Numbered from the stretch's first letter, positions 18,079 to 28,278 are shown. The stretch: 64,000 nucleotides of DNA from a virus (IMGVR_UViG_3300049472_000168:74266-138265), one strand, 5' to 3'. Notes: generated by a model not told the origin, from the letters alone. Translations and numbers: made by a program.

Positions 18079-18662
18079 TGGCCATAGTTGAATCCGAATA
18101 AATAGGTCTGTCCGTTTATTTTTACTTCGGAGTCAAAACTGCCACAACATCCTCTTTGTTGCGCTTTGCGATATCTCCTGCGGTCTGGAGAATTGCTCTT
18201 CAGGGCCCATCTCCAGTTATCGACGCATTTCTTGTCTGCTGATGCGTCTAGGATTGCTGCTTCGATTTGGTGTCCAATCTCAAACCCGTATTGATTTATT
18301 GGAGAACTCAGCCTTCTCCTGTGGACAGCATCCCTGGCATCAAATCTGGCCTGTTTTACAATAGACCTCGCCAGGGCCTTATTTTTTGAGTCAATGACTT
18401 GGAGAGGCTTCCTCATCGAGCCGATGCCCTTTTCCTCCATGTCCTTAAAGACCTGTTTCCAGTACTGCTTATCATAAGAGCCGAAAAATAGCGATTTCAG
18501 GTAATTCCGTACCTCAAGCCTACAGGTATTGAAATGCTCGCCCTCCGGCATCTCGCCACAGGCGCAGATTTCCACAGCTCCCTCTCCTGGTCGAAAGAAT
18601 CCTGCCCAGCCCGGAAGGATTCTAGGATCTGAAGGATGCATGAATCTGTAATTATGTCTCAT
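18075..18662 (-). CDS. hypothetical protein
   Basis: C-terminal GCCGSFD...FGFNYGH. Confidence 0.6.
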   Translation of the reverse strand: MRHNYRFMHPSDPRILPGWAGFFRPGEGAVEICACGEMPEGEHFNTCRLEVRNYLKSLFFGSYDKQYWKQVFKDMEEKGIGSMRKPLQVIDSKNKALARSIVKQARFDARDAVHRRRLSSPINQYGFEIGHQIEAAILDASADKKCVDNWRWALKSNSPDRRRYRKAQQRGCCGSFDSEVKINGQTYLFGFNYGH

Positions 18663-18954
18663 TTCCTGCTCGACGCCTGGTGCGCTCGTTCTGAATGGTC
18701 TTCAGGTTGTAATAGATCGTCCGGATATCTTCTTCCATGGCTCCAAGACTCAACATACGCTCGGTATGCTCGTCTTCGGCGGCAGCGAAAGCCTCATTTC
18801 CCAGGGGATAATAATCCCTAACATGAGGAGCACATTGACGCAGGGCCTTCTCCAGATTCCGGATGGCATCCAGGGCGTCTGAATAGGTCTCTGTCAAATA
18901 ATCCAGACCGCTTCCGTTGAGGTGAATCGCTGGCATCGTTGGTGTTTTGCTCAT
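18652..18954 (-). CDS. hypothetical protein
   Basis: Start set by promoter TTGACG-N17-TATTTA-N7-ATG. Confidence 0.65.
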   Translation of the reverse strand: MSKTPTMPAIHLNGSGLDYLTETYSDALDAIRNLEKALRQCAPHVRDYYPLGNEAFAAAEDEHTERMLSLGAMEEDIRTIYYNLKTIQNERTRRRAGNET

Positions 18955-18961
18955 GCATTTA

Positions 18962-19002
18962 TAAATACCAGGGTTTCGGGCTGGCGTCAAGACCTTAATC
19001 TT
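18962..19002. promoter_or_regulatory. divergent sigma70 (minus) and AATCTT (plus) cassette
   Basis: Minus -35 at 18985-18990 and -10 at 18962-18967; AATCTT 18997-19002. Confidence 0.65.
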
Positions 19003-19052
19003 ACAGGCTGGAAGGAAATCCCTTTTGAGGGGGATTCAAAAGGAGAACAACC

Positions 19053-19460
19053 ATGGCGAACGCGATTTATACGGCAGCAAAAAAGGCACTTCTGGACGGC
19101 GATATTGACCTCTTGGTCAACGATATCAAGGCCGTATTGGTAGATACCAACGATTACACCCATAACATCGCTACCAACGATTTTCTCGATGATATCAGTG
19201 CTGGTGTAGTCGCGACCTCGGCCAATCTCGCAAACAAGACCTCTACAGGTGGAGTCTTCGATGCCGATGATGTCGTTTTTTCGACCGTTACCGGGGATGT
19301 CTGCGAGGCCGTTGTTCTCTATGTTGATACCGGGGTGGCTTCTACTTCTAGACTGATTGCCTTTTTCGATACCGGAGTAGGATTGCCGGTGACTCCTGGT
19401 GGCGGCAATATCACGATTACGTGGTCCAATGGGGCCAACAAGATTTTCTCGTTGACATAA
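19053..19460 (+). CDS. phage structural protein (tail-associated)
   Basis: GGVFDADDV.F...GLPVTPGGGNITITW pattern; GGAG SD. Confidence 0.65.
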   Translation: MANAIYTAAKKALLDGDIDLLVNDIKAVLVDTNDYTHNIATNDFLDDISAGVVATSANLANKTSTGGVFDADDVVFSTVTGDVCEAVVLYVDTGVASTSRLIAFFDTGVGLPVTPGGGNITITWSNGANKIFSLT

Positions 19461-19479
19461 TCCCTTTGGGGTCCAATAA

Positions 19480-20019
19480 ATGCCCACTCGTACTTATGCT
19501 ATTTATGTTGGCCGTAAAAGTAACGGAAGCATCGTCTATTCGTCTTTTACGCAGCCAACACCTACGGCTGAACAGGCCCTCACTTCAGTAGTGAGACGAC
19601 TCGGCGGGGCCCCCGAGGACTACGCCGTAGTCCTGCTTACGGATGAGACCTTATTTAATAGGATTAGCGCCAAAGAACTCGTCACTCTCCGAGTACAGGA
19701 GACCAACGGAACCTGGGACCTGGTTGCTGACTTTAGTCAAGAAGACAATGTTGTTGTTCTGAGTCCGAGTTTTTCTAGCAATATGATCCAGTACGGGAAT
19801 AACGTTACTATAACTGTAACTGCCTCTAGGTCAGTAAATGTGTCTGCTAAGATCCCGATCAATACTCCAATCGGGAATGCTTTGCTTCATCTAGATTTCG
19901 TCGATGGAATTGCGACTAGAACCATCAATCTTTCCCATTTCGGTAGATGGATTATTCCTGCCTCTAGAACAAATACTTGGAAAATTACTGAGGACGCTAC
20001 AGTAAACGCGTTTATCTAA
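19480..20019 (+). CDS. putative structural protein
   Basis: Beta-rich ORF in a + strand island. Confidence 0.55.
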   Translation: MPTRTYAIYVGRKSNGSIVYSSFTQPTPTAEQALTSVVRRLGGAPEDYAVVLLTDETLFNRISAKELVTLRVQETNGTWDLVADFSQEDNVVVLSPSFSSNMIQYGNNVTITVTASRSVNVSAKIPINTPIGNALLHLDFVDGIATRTINLSHFGRWIIPASRTNTWKITEDATVNAFI

Positions 20020-20022
20020 AAC

Positions 20023-22737
20023 GTGGCAATTGTTTCAATACAGCGAGGATTCTCTTCTCTAACAGAGTCTCCTGACAACGTAGCAGTACATGCACTTTCG
20101 TCTGTTACCCTCGCAAATACAGTAGTATTCTGGCAGCTTAGGGCTGACTCCTACAATCCAAGAGCAAGAGCAGCAATAGTTCGTCTTACAGATGTAGACG
20201 AGCTTACGGTCGAAATCTTTGGTGCTTCAGGCGTAGACACCACGATTCAGTGGTGGGTTGTAGAGTTTGACGATGTCACGGTACAGGCAGCAGTATATGC
20301 GGCATCAGGCAGTAACACATCGCAAACCGAAACAATAAGCACTGTAGACCTAGACGAATCGTTCCCGATATCGTCAAATATATCGTCCTTGACTAGCTGG
20401 TCTTACGGTGAAGGTATTCGCGTACTGCTACCGTCAACTACGCAGATAAGATGGCGAGCGGCTTGGTTTCTAGATGGACGTAATTTAAGCTATCAGGTCG
20501 TCTCATGGCCAGGGGCATCGGTACAACATGCTTTATTGGGGCTCAACGACGCAAGCACAGATAGCGACACCGCCTCGATAACTGCTGTAGATCTAGACCG
20601 AACATTCGTTATCTCTTCGTCATATATCGAAGCGGCTGTAGGTGTTACAGCGGGTAGCGATGTCCCATTGGTGTCATTTGACGACACCGACACGATCAGG
20701 ATTCAGCGTCCCTCTGGTGGGTCTACTGCGTTTTACGACGATGGATCTGAAAAGGGTTGGGGTGCAGAAATCGTCGAATTGCCGACCGGATATACTGTTC
20801 AGTATATATCCGGAACAATTGCAAACGGAGATTTATCAGAAGACGTATCGATTACAGCGGTCGATCCAGACTCAGTCGTTATCGGTGCCGGTCTCTGGAG
20901 CTGGGCAAGCGGGCACAGCTCATCTGGCGATGCCGGTGATTCTTGGAGCACGGCAACACTATTTGATACCGATACACTTAGAGTTGAGCGTGATTCGTCT
21001 GGCACAGATGCTAGTTATGCATTCTTCGTTATTTCACAGGATAGCGCAGATCTCGTAGTTGAACCCAACGGCATAGCCCAAGGAACAGCTCTGGGAGATC
21101 CTTCGGTAGCTCTAGATCTGTCTCCAGGCAGTATTAGTCAGAGCATCGCTCTGGGTAGCCCGTCTGTAGTTCTCGATCTGTCTCCAAGCAGTATAACTCA
21201 AGGAGTAGTTCTAGGGGACCCGTCAGTAGCTCTGGATCTGTCTCCAGGCAGTATCGCTCAAGGAACCGCTCTAGGAAGCCCTTCGGTGTCTCTAGCCCTG
21301 TCTCCGGACAGCATTGGTCAGGGAATAGCTTTAGGTAACCCTGGGGTCAGTCTCGAAATTTCCCCAGAGGGAATCGGCCAAGGAACAGCCTTAGGTAGTC
21401 CGTCGATATCCCTAGACATATCTCCTGCTAGTATCGTTCAGGGCATCGGCCTGGGTAGCCCTTCCATAGCGGCAGGACTAAATATTTCTCCAGACAGCAT
21501 TGGTCAGGGAATCGTCCTAGGCAGCCCCTCGGCAGGACTAAGTGTTTCTCCAAATAGCATCGTTCAATCAATCAATCTGGGAGAACCCACAGTAGTTGGA
21601 CCCGGAGGAATCTCTCTAGGAAGCATCCAGATTCAGATCGTCCTAGGCAGTCCCGAAGTCTCTGCCCAGGTAGCTTTTAGTTCTCAGCAAAATAATGAAC
21701 TTCCCCGTAGACCTAATCTATTGGTCAGGGCTCTACAGCCTCTACCTAAATCCATGACCGAAGCCAGAGGAATCCATCAGTCCGACGTAATAATGAGGAC
21801 AGCTCTGGTAATGGCGATAGCCGACTTGAGAGCCAGACCTTGGCTGCTTGAATACGTCTTTGCCTCATTGATTGACGATTTAGAGACGGCTCATATCTAT
21901 GGCGAAAAAGAACGCCAAAAAGCCAAGGAATGGTTTCTTAACACCGACATCCCTGTAGTCATGGATTACAGGATGGATGACATCGAAGGGACCTGTATAT
22001 CGATATCGCTAGTGGAATCCTCTGAGGCCGAAGTGACTCTAGCCGATGTCCACTATATCCCGACCGAAGAGACCGAGGCAGTATGGCCTCCTTTGACCTC
22101 GGAATTTACTCCGACCTCATATTATGCGACCACAGGGATAATTGGGATCCCAACAGAAATCGGGGACGGCCTCGTCATTTCTCCTGGCATGGTTCTGGTC
22201 GATTCCAGTGGCAAACACCACGAAATCCTCGGAGTCTCGGATCGATATACGATTCAGATAGCTCCAACTGTCGCCAATTTTACGTCATCTCTGATTAAAT
22301 CTTCAAAACCACGACTCATTACGTCTATAGAATCTGTCTCGATGCGGGAATCCTACAGAATAGGCTGCCACGCCCATGGCGAACCATTCTTCTTGACCTG
22401 GCTCCATGCCATTGTTGTGTTTATTCTGTTGAAGTACAAAGAAGCTCTCCTGGAGGCCAGGGGATTTGAGAGGTCTACCATTTCGTCGGCCCCATTCTCT
22501 AAGAACGAAGCCTTTGGTCAAGAAAACGTCTGGACCCGATTTATTACTATCAACGGATATGTCCGTCAGTACTGGCCCAAGGCTAGCGGCGAAAGAATCC
22601 TAAGTGTCGGTGCCGATGGCGGCATCAAGTATTCCAGAACCGGGGAACTAGCAGAGGTCTTTGTACCTCAAGACGGCTTCGAGGATGGCGAGGCACCCTG
22701 GATGAGCCAAGACGGTGTCGGAATTATTGTCAAATAG
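20023..22737 (+). CDS. fusion: repeated beta-domains + 20-aa repeat stalk + putative tail-terminator/neck domain
   Basis: WWVVEF/YQVVSW/AEIVE repeats; ten P..I.Q...LG.P repeats; C-terminal globular domain from Met at 21754. Confidence 0.65.
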   Translation: MAIVSIQRGFSSLTESPDNVAVHALSSVTLANTVVFWQLRADSYNPRARAAIVRLTDVDELTVEIFGASGVDTTIQWWVVEFDDVTVQAAVYAASGSNTSQTETISTVDLDESFPISSNISSLTSWSYGEGIRVLLPSTTQIRWRAAWFLDGRNLSYQVVSWPGASVQHALLGLNDASTDSDTASITAVDLDRTFVISSSYIEAAVGVTAGSDVPLVSFDDTDTIRIQRPSGGSTAFYDDGSEKGWGAEIVELPTGYTVQYISGTIANGDLSEDVSITAVDPDSVVIGAGLWSWASGHSSSGDAGDSWSTATLFDTDTLRVERDSSGTDASYAFFVISQDSADLVVEPNGIAQGTALGDPSVALDLSPGSISQSIALGSPSVVLDLSPSSITQGVVLGDPSVALDLSPGSIAQGTALGSPSVSLALSPDSIGQGIALGNPGVSLEISPEGIGQGTALGSPSISLDISPASIVQGIGLGSPSIAAGLNISPDSIGQGIVLGSPSAGLSVSPNSIVQSINLGEPTVVGPGGISLGSIQIQIVLGSPEVSAQVAFSSQQNNELPRRPNLLVRALQPLPKSMTEARGIHQSDVIMRTALVMAIADLRARPWLLEYVFASLIDDLETAHIYGEKERQKAKEWFLNTDIPVVMDYRMDDIEGTCISISLVESSEAEVTLADVHYIPTEETEAVWPPLTSEFTPTSYYATTGIIGIPTEIGDGLVISPGMVLVDSSGKHHEILGVSDRYTIQIAPTVANFTSSLIKSSKPRLITSIESVSMRESYRIGCHAHGEPFFLTWLHAIVVFILLKYKEALLEARGFERSTISSAPFSKNEAFGQENVWTRFITINGYVRQYWPKASGERILSVGADGGIKYSRTGELAEVFVPQDGFEDGEAPWMSQDGVGIIVK
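21064..21660 (+). repeat. ~10 degenerate 60-bp (20-aa) coding tandem repeats
   Basis: PxSIxQGxxLGxPSVxLxxS units. Confidence 0.9.
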
Positions 22738-22748
22738 AAGAGGAAACC

Positions 22749-22982
22749 ATGAAAGCAGTTATAGAAGGTATCAGTTGTGAGGGGACCCCAGAGGAAATCG
22801 CTGAAATCGTAAGGCTTCTGAAGGATCCCCAAACATTTCAGGTTCCCCAGGTCCCTTTTATTCCTCAATTCACCTACATATGCAGTCACGATTTCCCTCA
22901 GATATGGCATGGCGTGATTCCTCCGGTCTGTTCCAAGTGTGGACTACAGGCGCAGTCCTCCTCACTAACCTTTACTGTTTAG
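22749..22982 (+). CDS. small Zn-binding protein
   Basis: AGGA SD; CSH...CSKC. Confidence 0.55.
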   Translation: MKAVIEGISCEGTPEEIAEIVRLLKDPQTFQVPQVPFIPQFTYICSHDFPQIWHGVIPPVCSKCGLQAQSSSLTFTV

Positions 22983-22984
22983 CA

Positions 22985-24886
22985 ATGGCACATAACAGTT
23001 ACGCTTGGCATGATGGTCATACCTCGTTCCATCTCGGAATGAAGAAGACAGATCATCCCAACACCATGGCTCATGGGCCCATAGGAAATGACCAGGCCGC
23101 TGGGGTGGGGTCGAAAGACTACGGCAGGATGGCGGCACCTTATGGTACTGTGACGAAGGGCGTCAAAACCAACCTCAAGTTTTATCCTTTGGAAGGCAAG
23201 CACCAAGAAGCCTCGAAGCAGGTAACAGATCATGGCTACCAGGTTTATTATGCCGGTGGCCCCCATGGGAAGCCAGACCTAGCTACTAAGAACTACAATA
23301 CTAAAAATTTGATGATATATGACCCCAGTGCTGGATCTGGAGGCGACTTCGGGGACACCTCCTATACCGACGCCTGGCGTAAGACCCATGAACTGGCCCA
23401 TGCTTTGACTTATGGAGATGTCAACAGTCTCTATGGCGAAGGTCGAAGGATCGGAGCATTAGGCAAACACAGGACCCCGAGAGAAGCCAAAAGAGCGGTT
23501 CATTGGGAATGGCTAGTTGCCCACAAACAGCGAGAACTGGCTAAGCAACTAGGTGTCCATATCAGTGATGCTGATTTTAATCGAGAAACCAATACGGTTA
23601 TGCATGATGCCGTTCATCGTGCTATCACGGGCAAGTTCAGCGAACCCGGAGACGAAGGATTTAGTCCTCACCCTCACAAGGTTCCTCTGGAAACAGCTCT
23701 AGGTATGATTGACCAAGAATCGAAAAGACTCGGACTCAGGCATGACGACGATCTATTGCAGAAGTCCGAATTAGTCAAATTTTGTAGCCCTGACACAGAA
23801 CTTAATCTTTCCGTTACTACTGGGAGTCACATGGACGCCAAAACACTTAAATCCGAACTAGCTAAATCACTTCGCAGCGTTGTTGAGGCCCATGCCAAGA
23901 CTACTACTGGACTCATCGCATCAGAATCCAGAGGTCTCGAAAAACTCAATAAATCTGATATCGAGAAATGCGGAGAAATCGAGAAATCCGATGTCGAGCC
24001 CGCAGAGTCTTCGAGCTGTCCCGGATGTGGTGGTGAATCCCACGAACTCGGCCCCATGGGTCGGAGGAAGCATTTTATGTGTAAGGGCTGCGGCCTGACC
24101 CACAGCAGAGGGGAAGAGACTCCCTCTAAGGAAGTCAAGAAAGAAGAGCTTCCTGCTGTTAAGGCTGCTGATGAGAAGCCACGAGATGGCGCCGTGATGC
24201 CTGATGACAAAAAGTCTAAGGTTGTCGATGCCGAAGGTGCCGGTGGTGATGTCTCTAAAGGCAAGATGGCTAAGAGGGAGACCGCATTCGTCAAGAAGCC
24301 CGCTGCTGATGACATCCAGGCTCCGATTAGCGGTGGTGAAAAGAAAGCTGCCGGTATCGGATTCCTTAACGGCCTGATTTCAAAGTTTCATGGTGCCGGA
24401 GACAAGACCTGGGCTAAGACTGGTCAGACAGCCCCTAGTCCCGGTGCAGTGGCAAGACGAACTGGTTCCAGAATGGCTCTTGCAGAGATGCCTCATCAGA
24501 ACGATGGTGCCAAGATGCAATCCAACGGGACCACTGTCCCAATGGGCAAGACAACTGCCGAAGAAGCCAACAAGGAAATCAAGGGCTTCAAGTCTATCTT
24601 CAATAATCCTACGGCTTTCCCCAAGGGTAAAATGTCCTTTACCGGTGGCCATACTTCAGTGGCTGGAGCCGACAAGGAAATTCGAGGCTTCAAGTCGCTG
24701 AATCTGAAGCCTCCGATGGTCAAGGATGAGATCCCAGCAGCTCCAAAGGCTCCCTCAGCCAAAGCGACGAAGCCCCCTAAGGTCGCCCCTGTTCCGACTC
24801 CGAAGACCCCTAAAGTCGAAGGCCCCAAGGCTCCTGGAGCCACGGCAAAGGCTGAAAAGAAGTCCGACAAGAAGTCGAAGAAATAA
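22985..24886 (+). CDS. putative internal head protein: HExxH domain plus K-motif-rich disordered C-terminal half
   Basis: THELAH; CPGC/CKGC Zn ribbon; many xxK[SAE] motifs; internal AATCTT, SD and ATG at 23804-23833. Confidence 0.65.
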   Translation: MAHNSYAWHDGHTSFHLGMKKTDHPNTMAHGPIGNDQAAGVGSKDYGRMAAPYGTVTKGVKTNLKFYPLEGKHQEASKQVTDHGYQVYYAGGPHGKPDLATKNYNTKNLMIYDPSAGSGGDFGDTSYTDAWRKTHELAHALTYGDVNSLYGEGRRIGALGKHRTPREAKRAVHWEWLVAHKQRELAKQLGVHISDADFNRETNTVMHDAVHRAITGKFSEPGDEGFSPHPHKVPLETALGMIDQESKRLGLRHDDDLLQKSELVKFCSPDTELNLSVTTGSHMDAKTLKSELAKSLRSVVEAHAKTTTGLIASESRGLEKLNKSDIEKCGEIEKSDVEPAESSSCPGCGGESHELGPMGRRKHFMCKGCGLTHSRGEETPSKEVKKEELPAVKAADEKPRDGAVMPDDKKSKVVDAEGAGGDVSKGKMAKRETAFVKKPAADDIQAPISGGEKKAAGIGFLNGLISKFHGAGDKTWAKTGQTAPSPGAVARRTGSRMALAEMPHQNDGAKMQSNGTTVPMGKTTAEEANKEIKGFKSIFNNPTAFPKGKMSFTGGHTSVAGADKEIRGFKSLNLKPPMVKDEIPAAPKAPSAKATKPPKVAPVPTPKTPKVEGPKAPGATAKAEKKSDKKSKK

Positions 24887-24919
24887 TTTTAACTTAAGCA
24901 GATCAAAGGATAACGCACT

Positions 24920-27427
24920 ATGGCACAACAATTCGCTACCGACTCCGGAGTTCTAACGATTCCTGGAGCCTATCCCATCGTCAAGGTCCAGAACAACCCC
25001 AGTGGCTTGGCCACAACTGGCGTCCTCATGGTTGTTGGTGAGGCCGATTCAGGCCCCAGCTATGCCGAGGAATCAGACCTGAGCCTGAACGCTTTCGGTC
25101 CGGATCAAATCGGTGATGTCGTCGCCAAGTATCGCTCAGGCCCCATTGTCGATGCCTTCAGAGGTGCTGTTGCTGCATCCAATGATACCGGAATCACAGG
25201 TAGCTTCGGTAGGTTCCTGGTTGCTAAAACCAATACCTCGGCTAAAGCTACTGGAACAATTCCTGCTATCGGTGGTGGAACCTACGCCAATATCAGCGAT
25301 AAGTCAACTGGTAAGTCTGGTAACTTGATTTCCAGAGTTCTGACCTCGGCTACGACTGAGGTAGTTCCTTCTACTGGTAATATCGTTCTCTGTCCTCCTC
25401 AGGTCAGCACTGATGTTGCCTTCCGCGTCAACGGTGGAGCCGAAGTTACGGCTTCGTTCTCGGCTGCGAATAGCCCGACAACGATGGCCGCTGCCATCAG
25501 CGCATTGGCCGGTGTTGTTGCTACGGGTGGTGTTGATAGGCTTACCGTTAATGCCGTTGCCGGTTCTTTGACGGTTGCAGTTGTCAGCGGTTATGCCGTT
25601 ACTTTCACCATCACTGGCGCAACATATAACGTGCTGCCTTCAGTTGGTGATATCCTTTATGTCCCCACGGGTAGCCCCCTGGCTACTGCTAATGAGGGTA
25701 CTTATGTAGTCACCGCTGCTGCTGGTACCGTTATTTCGGCTCGCAAGCTACTCGATGCTGCCGGTGCCGGTTCTGCTCTGACGGCTCCTACCGCTGAGGG
25801 TCCGATTGCCATCGCGGCAACAACCGACCTGAAGTGCTACAGCCCTGTGGTTATTTCTAACGAGGCCGGTGTTGTTGTTCCGGGTCTTGGAAAGTCGCTG
25901 GAAGTTGCAAATACCAGCACTGGAAATTTCGGGTCCATTGCTTATGTCTTTACCTCAGCAACTGCCAGCCCTCCGGCTGCTAATGCTACCTTCGTTTCCA
26001 CCTCTGTGGTTCCTACGGTCATCACGTCTTCGGCTGAGTACGGTGTCAGCATTAATACTGCAAAACAATCCGACAACATCTCTGAAACCGTCACGGTCCA
26101 GGGCCAGGTCTGGTTGACTCTTGGTTATACGGGCACCACGGCATCGGCTGTGATCTCGGCTGGTGTCATGACGATCACGGTTACGGGTGGAGCCGGGGCG
26201 TCTCAGACCATCACGCTGGCTGACTACCCCACAATCGCAGACCTCTGCCAATACCTCAACTCCTTGACCGGATACACTGCGGCTCCTGCCACAACAGCTC
26301 TGGGTCAGAAGGCCTCTACATCCTTGGACGCCGGGACCTACACCATCGCTACCAAGCATGGTGCCAAGACCGGAAGAATCAAGGCAGATGGTTACCGGTT
26401 CTTGACTGAAGTCAATTCTGGAAACATCCTCGTCGATATCTCTGCGGTTATCCCTGCAACAGCCCTGGTCGGTCTCCCCGATGTGGCTTCGCTGGCTTTC
26501 CTCAGCGGTGGTGCCAGAGGTGCAACGACTGATGCTGCCGTTCTGGGGGCTCTGGATGCGCTCAAGGCGTGTCGAGGCAACTTCGTTATTCCTCTATTCA
26601 GCCGAGACGCATCATTCGATATTACTGATGGCATCACGGATGCGGCGTCAACCTACACCATCGACAGCATCAATACAAATGCCAGGGCTCACGTCCTGGA
26701 GATGTCGCAGATGAAGAAGAGGCGTCCGCGTCAGGCCTTTGTGAGCTGTCGCGACACCTTCACCAATGCCAAGAACAAGGCCGGTAACATGGCGTCCTCC
26801 AGAGTCTACATGGGCTTCCAGGATGTCAAGGACACGAACTCTGCTGGTGTTCTGACTCAGTTCCAGCCCTGGATGCAGGCAGTCAAGGCTGCTGGTATGC
26901 AGGCCGCTGGGTTCTATCGTCCGATTGTTAACAAATTGGTTAATGTATCGGGGGTCTTGCATCCTGGTGGTGGTTTCAATGACCAGTTGGATTCCAACAT
27001 CGAAGATGCCTTGAAGGCTGGTCTGAATCCTGCGGTTCGTGCCGAATCCGGTGGCTACCGCTGGATCAGTGATCAAACCACCTACACCAGAGATGATAAC
27101 TTCGTCTTCAACTCGGTCCAGGCCGTATATGTCTCCGACATCATTGCTCAGACCGTGGCTCAGCGAATGGAACTGGCCTTCGTCGGTCAGTCTGTGGCTG
27201 ATGTCAGCAGTGTTGTTGCCAAAGCCGCTCTGGACCGCATCATGGGCGATATCCTGAGACTGAAACTGACAGCACCTTCTGATGATGGCGCCCTTGGTGG
27301 CTACAAGAATGCCTCGATTAAGATCAACGGACCATCAATGGTTGTGAGCCTGGAAGCGAAGCTCGCTGGCGCGCTTTACTTCATACCAATCACCTTCTTG
27401 GTGACGCCAGTCCAGCAATCAGCTTAA
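24920..27427 (+). CDS. contractile tail sheath protein
   Basis: N-terminal IPGAY...VGEADSGP; C-terminal sheath core ending LYFIPITFLV; 835 aa. Confidence 0.88.
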   Translation: MAQQFATDSGVLTIPGAYPIVKVQNNPSGLATTGVLMVVGEADSGPSYAEESDLSLNAFGPDQIGDVVAKYRSGPIVDAFRGAVAASNDTGITGSFGRFLVAKTNTSAKATGTIPAIGGGTYANISDKSTGKSGNLISRVLTSATTEVVPSTGNIVLCPPQVSTDVAFRVNGGAEVTASFSAANSPTTMAAAISALAGVVATGGVDRLTVNAVAGSLTVAVVSGYAVTFTITGATYNVLPSVGDILYVPTGSPLATANEGTYVVTAAAGTVISARKLLDAAGAGSALTAPTAEGPIAIAATTDLKCYSPVVISNEAGVVVPGLGKSLEVANTSTGNFGSIAYVFTSATASPPAANATFVSTSVVPTVITSSAEYGVSINTAKQSDNISETVTVQGQVWLTLGYTGTTASAVISAGVMTITVTGGAGASQTITLADYPTIADLCQYLNSLTGYTAAPATTALGQKASTSLDAGTYTIATKHGAKTGRIKADGYRFLTEVNSGNILVDISAVIPATALVGLPDVASLAFLSGGARGATTDAAVLGALDALKACRGNFVIPLFSRDASFDITDGITDAASTYTIDSINTNARAHVLEMSQMKKRRPRQAFVSCRDTFTNAKNKAGNMASSRVYMGFQDVKDTNSAGVLTQFQPWMQAVKAAGMQAAGFYRPIVNKLVNVSGVLHPGGGFNDQLDSNIEDALKAGLNPAVRAESGGYRWISDQTTYTRDDNFVFNSVQAVYVSDIIAQTVAQRMELAFVGQSVADVSSVVAKAALDRIMGDILRLKLTAPSDDGALGGYKNASIKINGPSMVVSLEAKLAGALYFIPITFLVTPVQQSA

Positions 27428-27445
27428 ATATCTGTAATCATTAAC

Positions 27446-27473
27446 GAAAGCCCAGGTTTTACCCTGGGCTTTC
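27446..27473. terminator. bidirectional hairpin terminator between convergent genes
   Basis: GAAAGCCCAGG-TTTTAC-CCTGGGCTTTC. Confidence 0.75.
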
Positions 27474-27477
27474 TGCT

Positions 27478-27699
27478 TTAGTCCTCGAAGGCTTCCCGAA
27501 ACGACTTCATGGAACGAAGCAAATCGGAAGTCTTGTTCAGACGCTTTCGCGTCAGGAAGAATTCTCGCGAGCTTTCAAAGACGTTGTCTCCGTTTTGCTG
27601 CATCTGTAGCAGGTCGTCGGCAAGCTTGTCCCGGAGGAGGACCAAAGAATTCCGGAAAGGGTCGAAATTTGGAAGATTTGTCATTTTTTGTTTCTCCAA
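27478..27699 (-). CDS. hypothetical protein
   Basis: Operonic ORF. Confidence 0.45.
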   Translation of the reverse strand: MEKQKMTNLPNFDPFRNSLVLLRDKLADDLLQMQQNGDNVFESSREFFLTRKRLNKTSDLLRSMKSFREAFED

Positions 27700-27880
27700 T
27701 CACAATGCACTTGTCTGAGTATTTTCCTTTAGCCAGATAAGCAGGCGCTCCCTGGGCCTTCAGCGATGAGCATTTTAAGGCCTCATCCTCGTTGTTGATA
27801 TTGGTAGTGCAGAACCCAACGAAGAAAGAAAAGAGCAAGATCCAAGAGATAACACATATCACCCACCAGATGTTTTTCAT
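27575..27880 (-). CDS. membrane-anchored hypothetical protein
   Basis: N-terminal TM; promoter TTGACT-N17-TATATT-N6-ATG (27887-27915). Confidence 0.55.
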   Translation of the reverse strand: MKNIWWVICVISWILLFSFFVGFCTTNINNEDEALKCSSLKAQGAPAYLAKGKYSDKCIVIGETKNDKSSKFRPFPEFFGPPPGQACRRPATDAAKRRQRL

Positions 27881-27898
27881 TTGATTAATATATCCGAT

Positions 27899-28240
27899 CT
27901 ACTTGCTGAAGTCAAGGATTTCTTCTGACCCATCATTCCGAAACAATGTGGCCTCGATGTCTTGGCCGCCAAATACGTCTTCGCAGTATTTCTGGGGACT
28001 CTCCCAGCCCTTGACACCTTTGGAGTAGAGGTCAAATACACTGCCTCCGAGCACGGGGACCTGGTGATATTTCCAGATCTGAGATGGGTCGTAGTTAGGG
28101 AAGATGAGACCTCCTCCCCTTGCTTCGACATATAATACGGCTTGGTCTTCGACCTCGTCGTAACAGACCAAAACCTCGTTGGCTAGTTCGCCACAGAAAC
28201 CGTCGTAATCCTCTGGTCTCAAGTGTTTTATTTTATCCAT
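27899..28240 (-). CDS. hypothetical protein
   Basis: GAGG SD; acidic ORF. Confidence 0.6.
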   Translation of the reverse strand: MDKIKHLRPEDYDGFCGELANEVLVCYDEVEDQAVLYVEARGGGLIFPNYDPSQIWKYHQVPVLGGSVFDLYSKGVKGWESPQKYCEDVFGGQDIEATLFRNDGSEEILDFSK

Positions 28241-28278
28241 GGCCTCACGATATCACCTAAACCCAATCTTGTCTAGGC

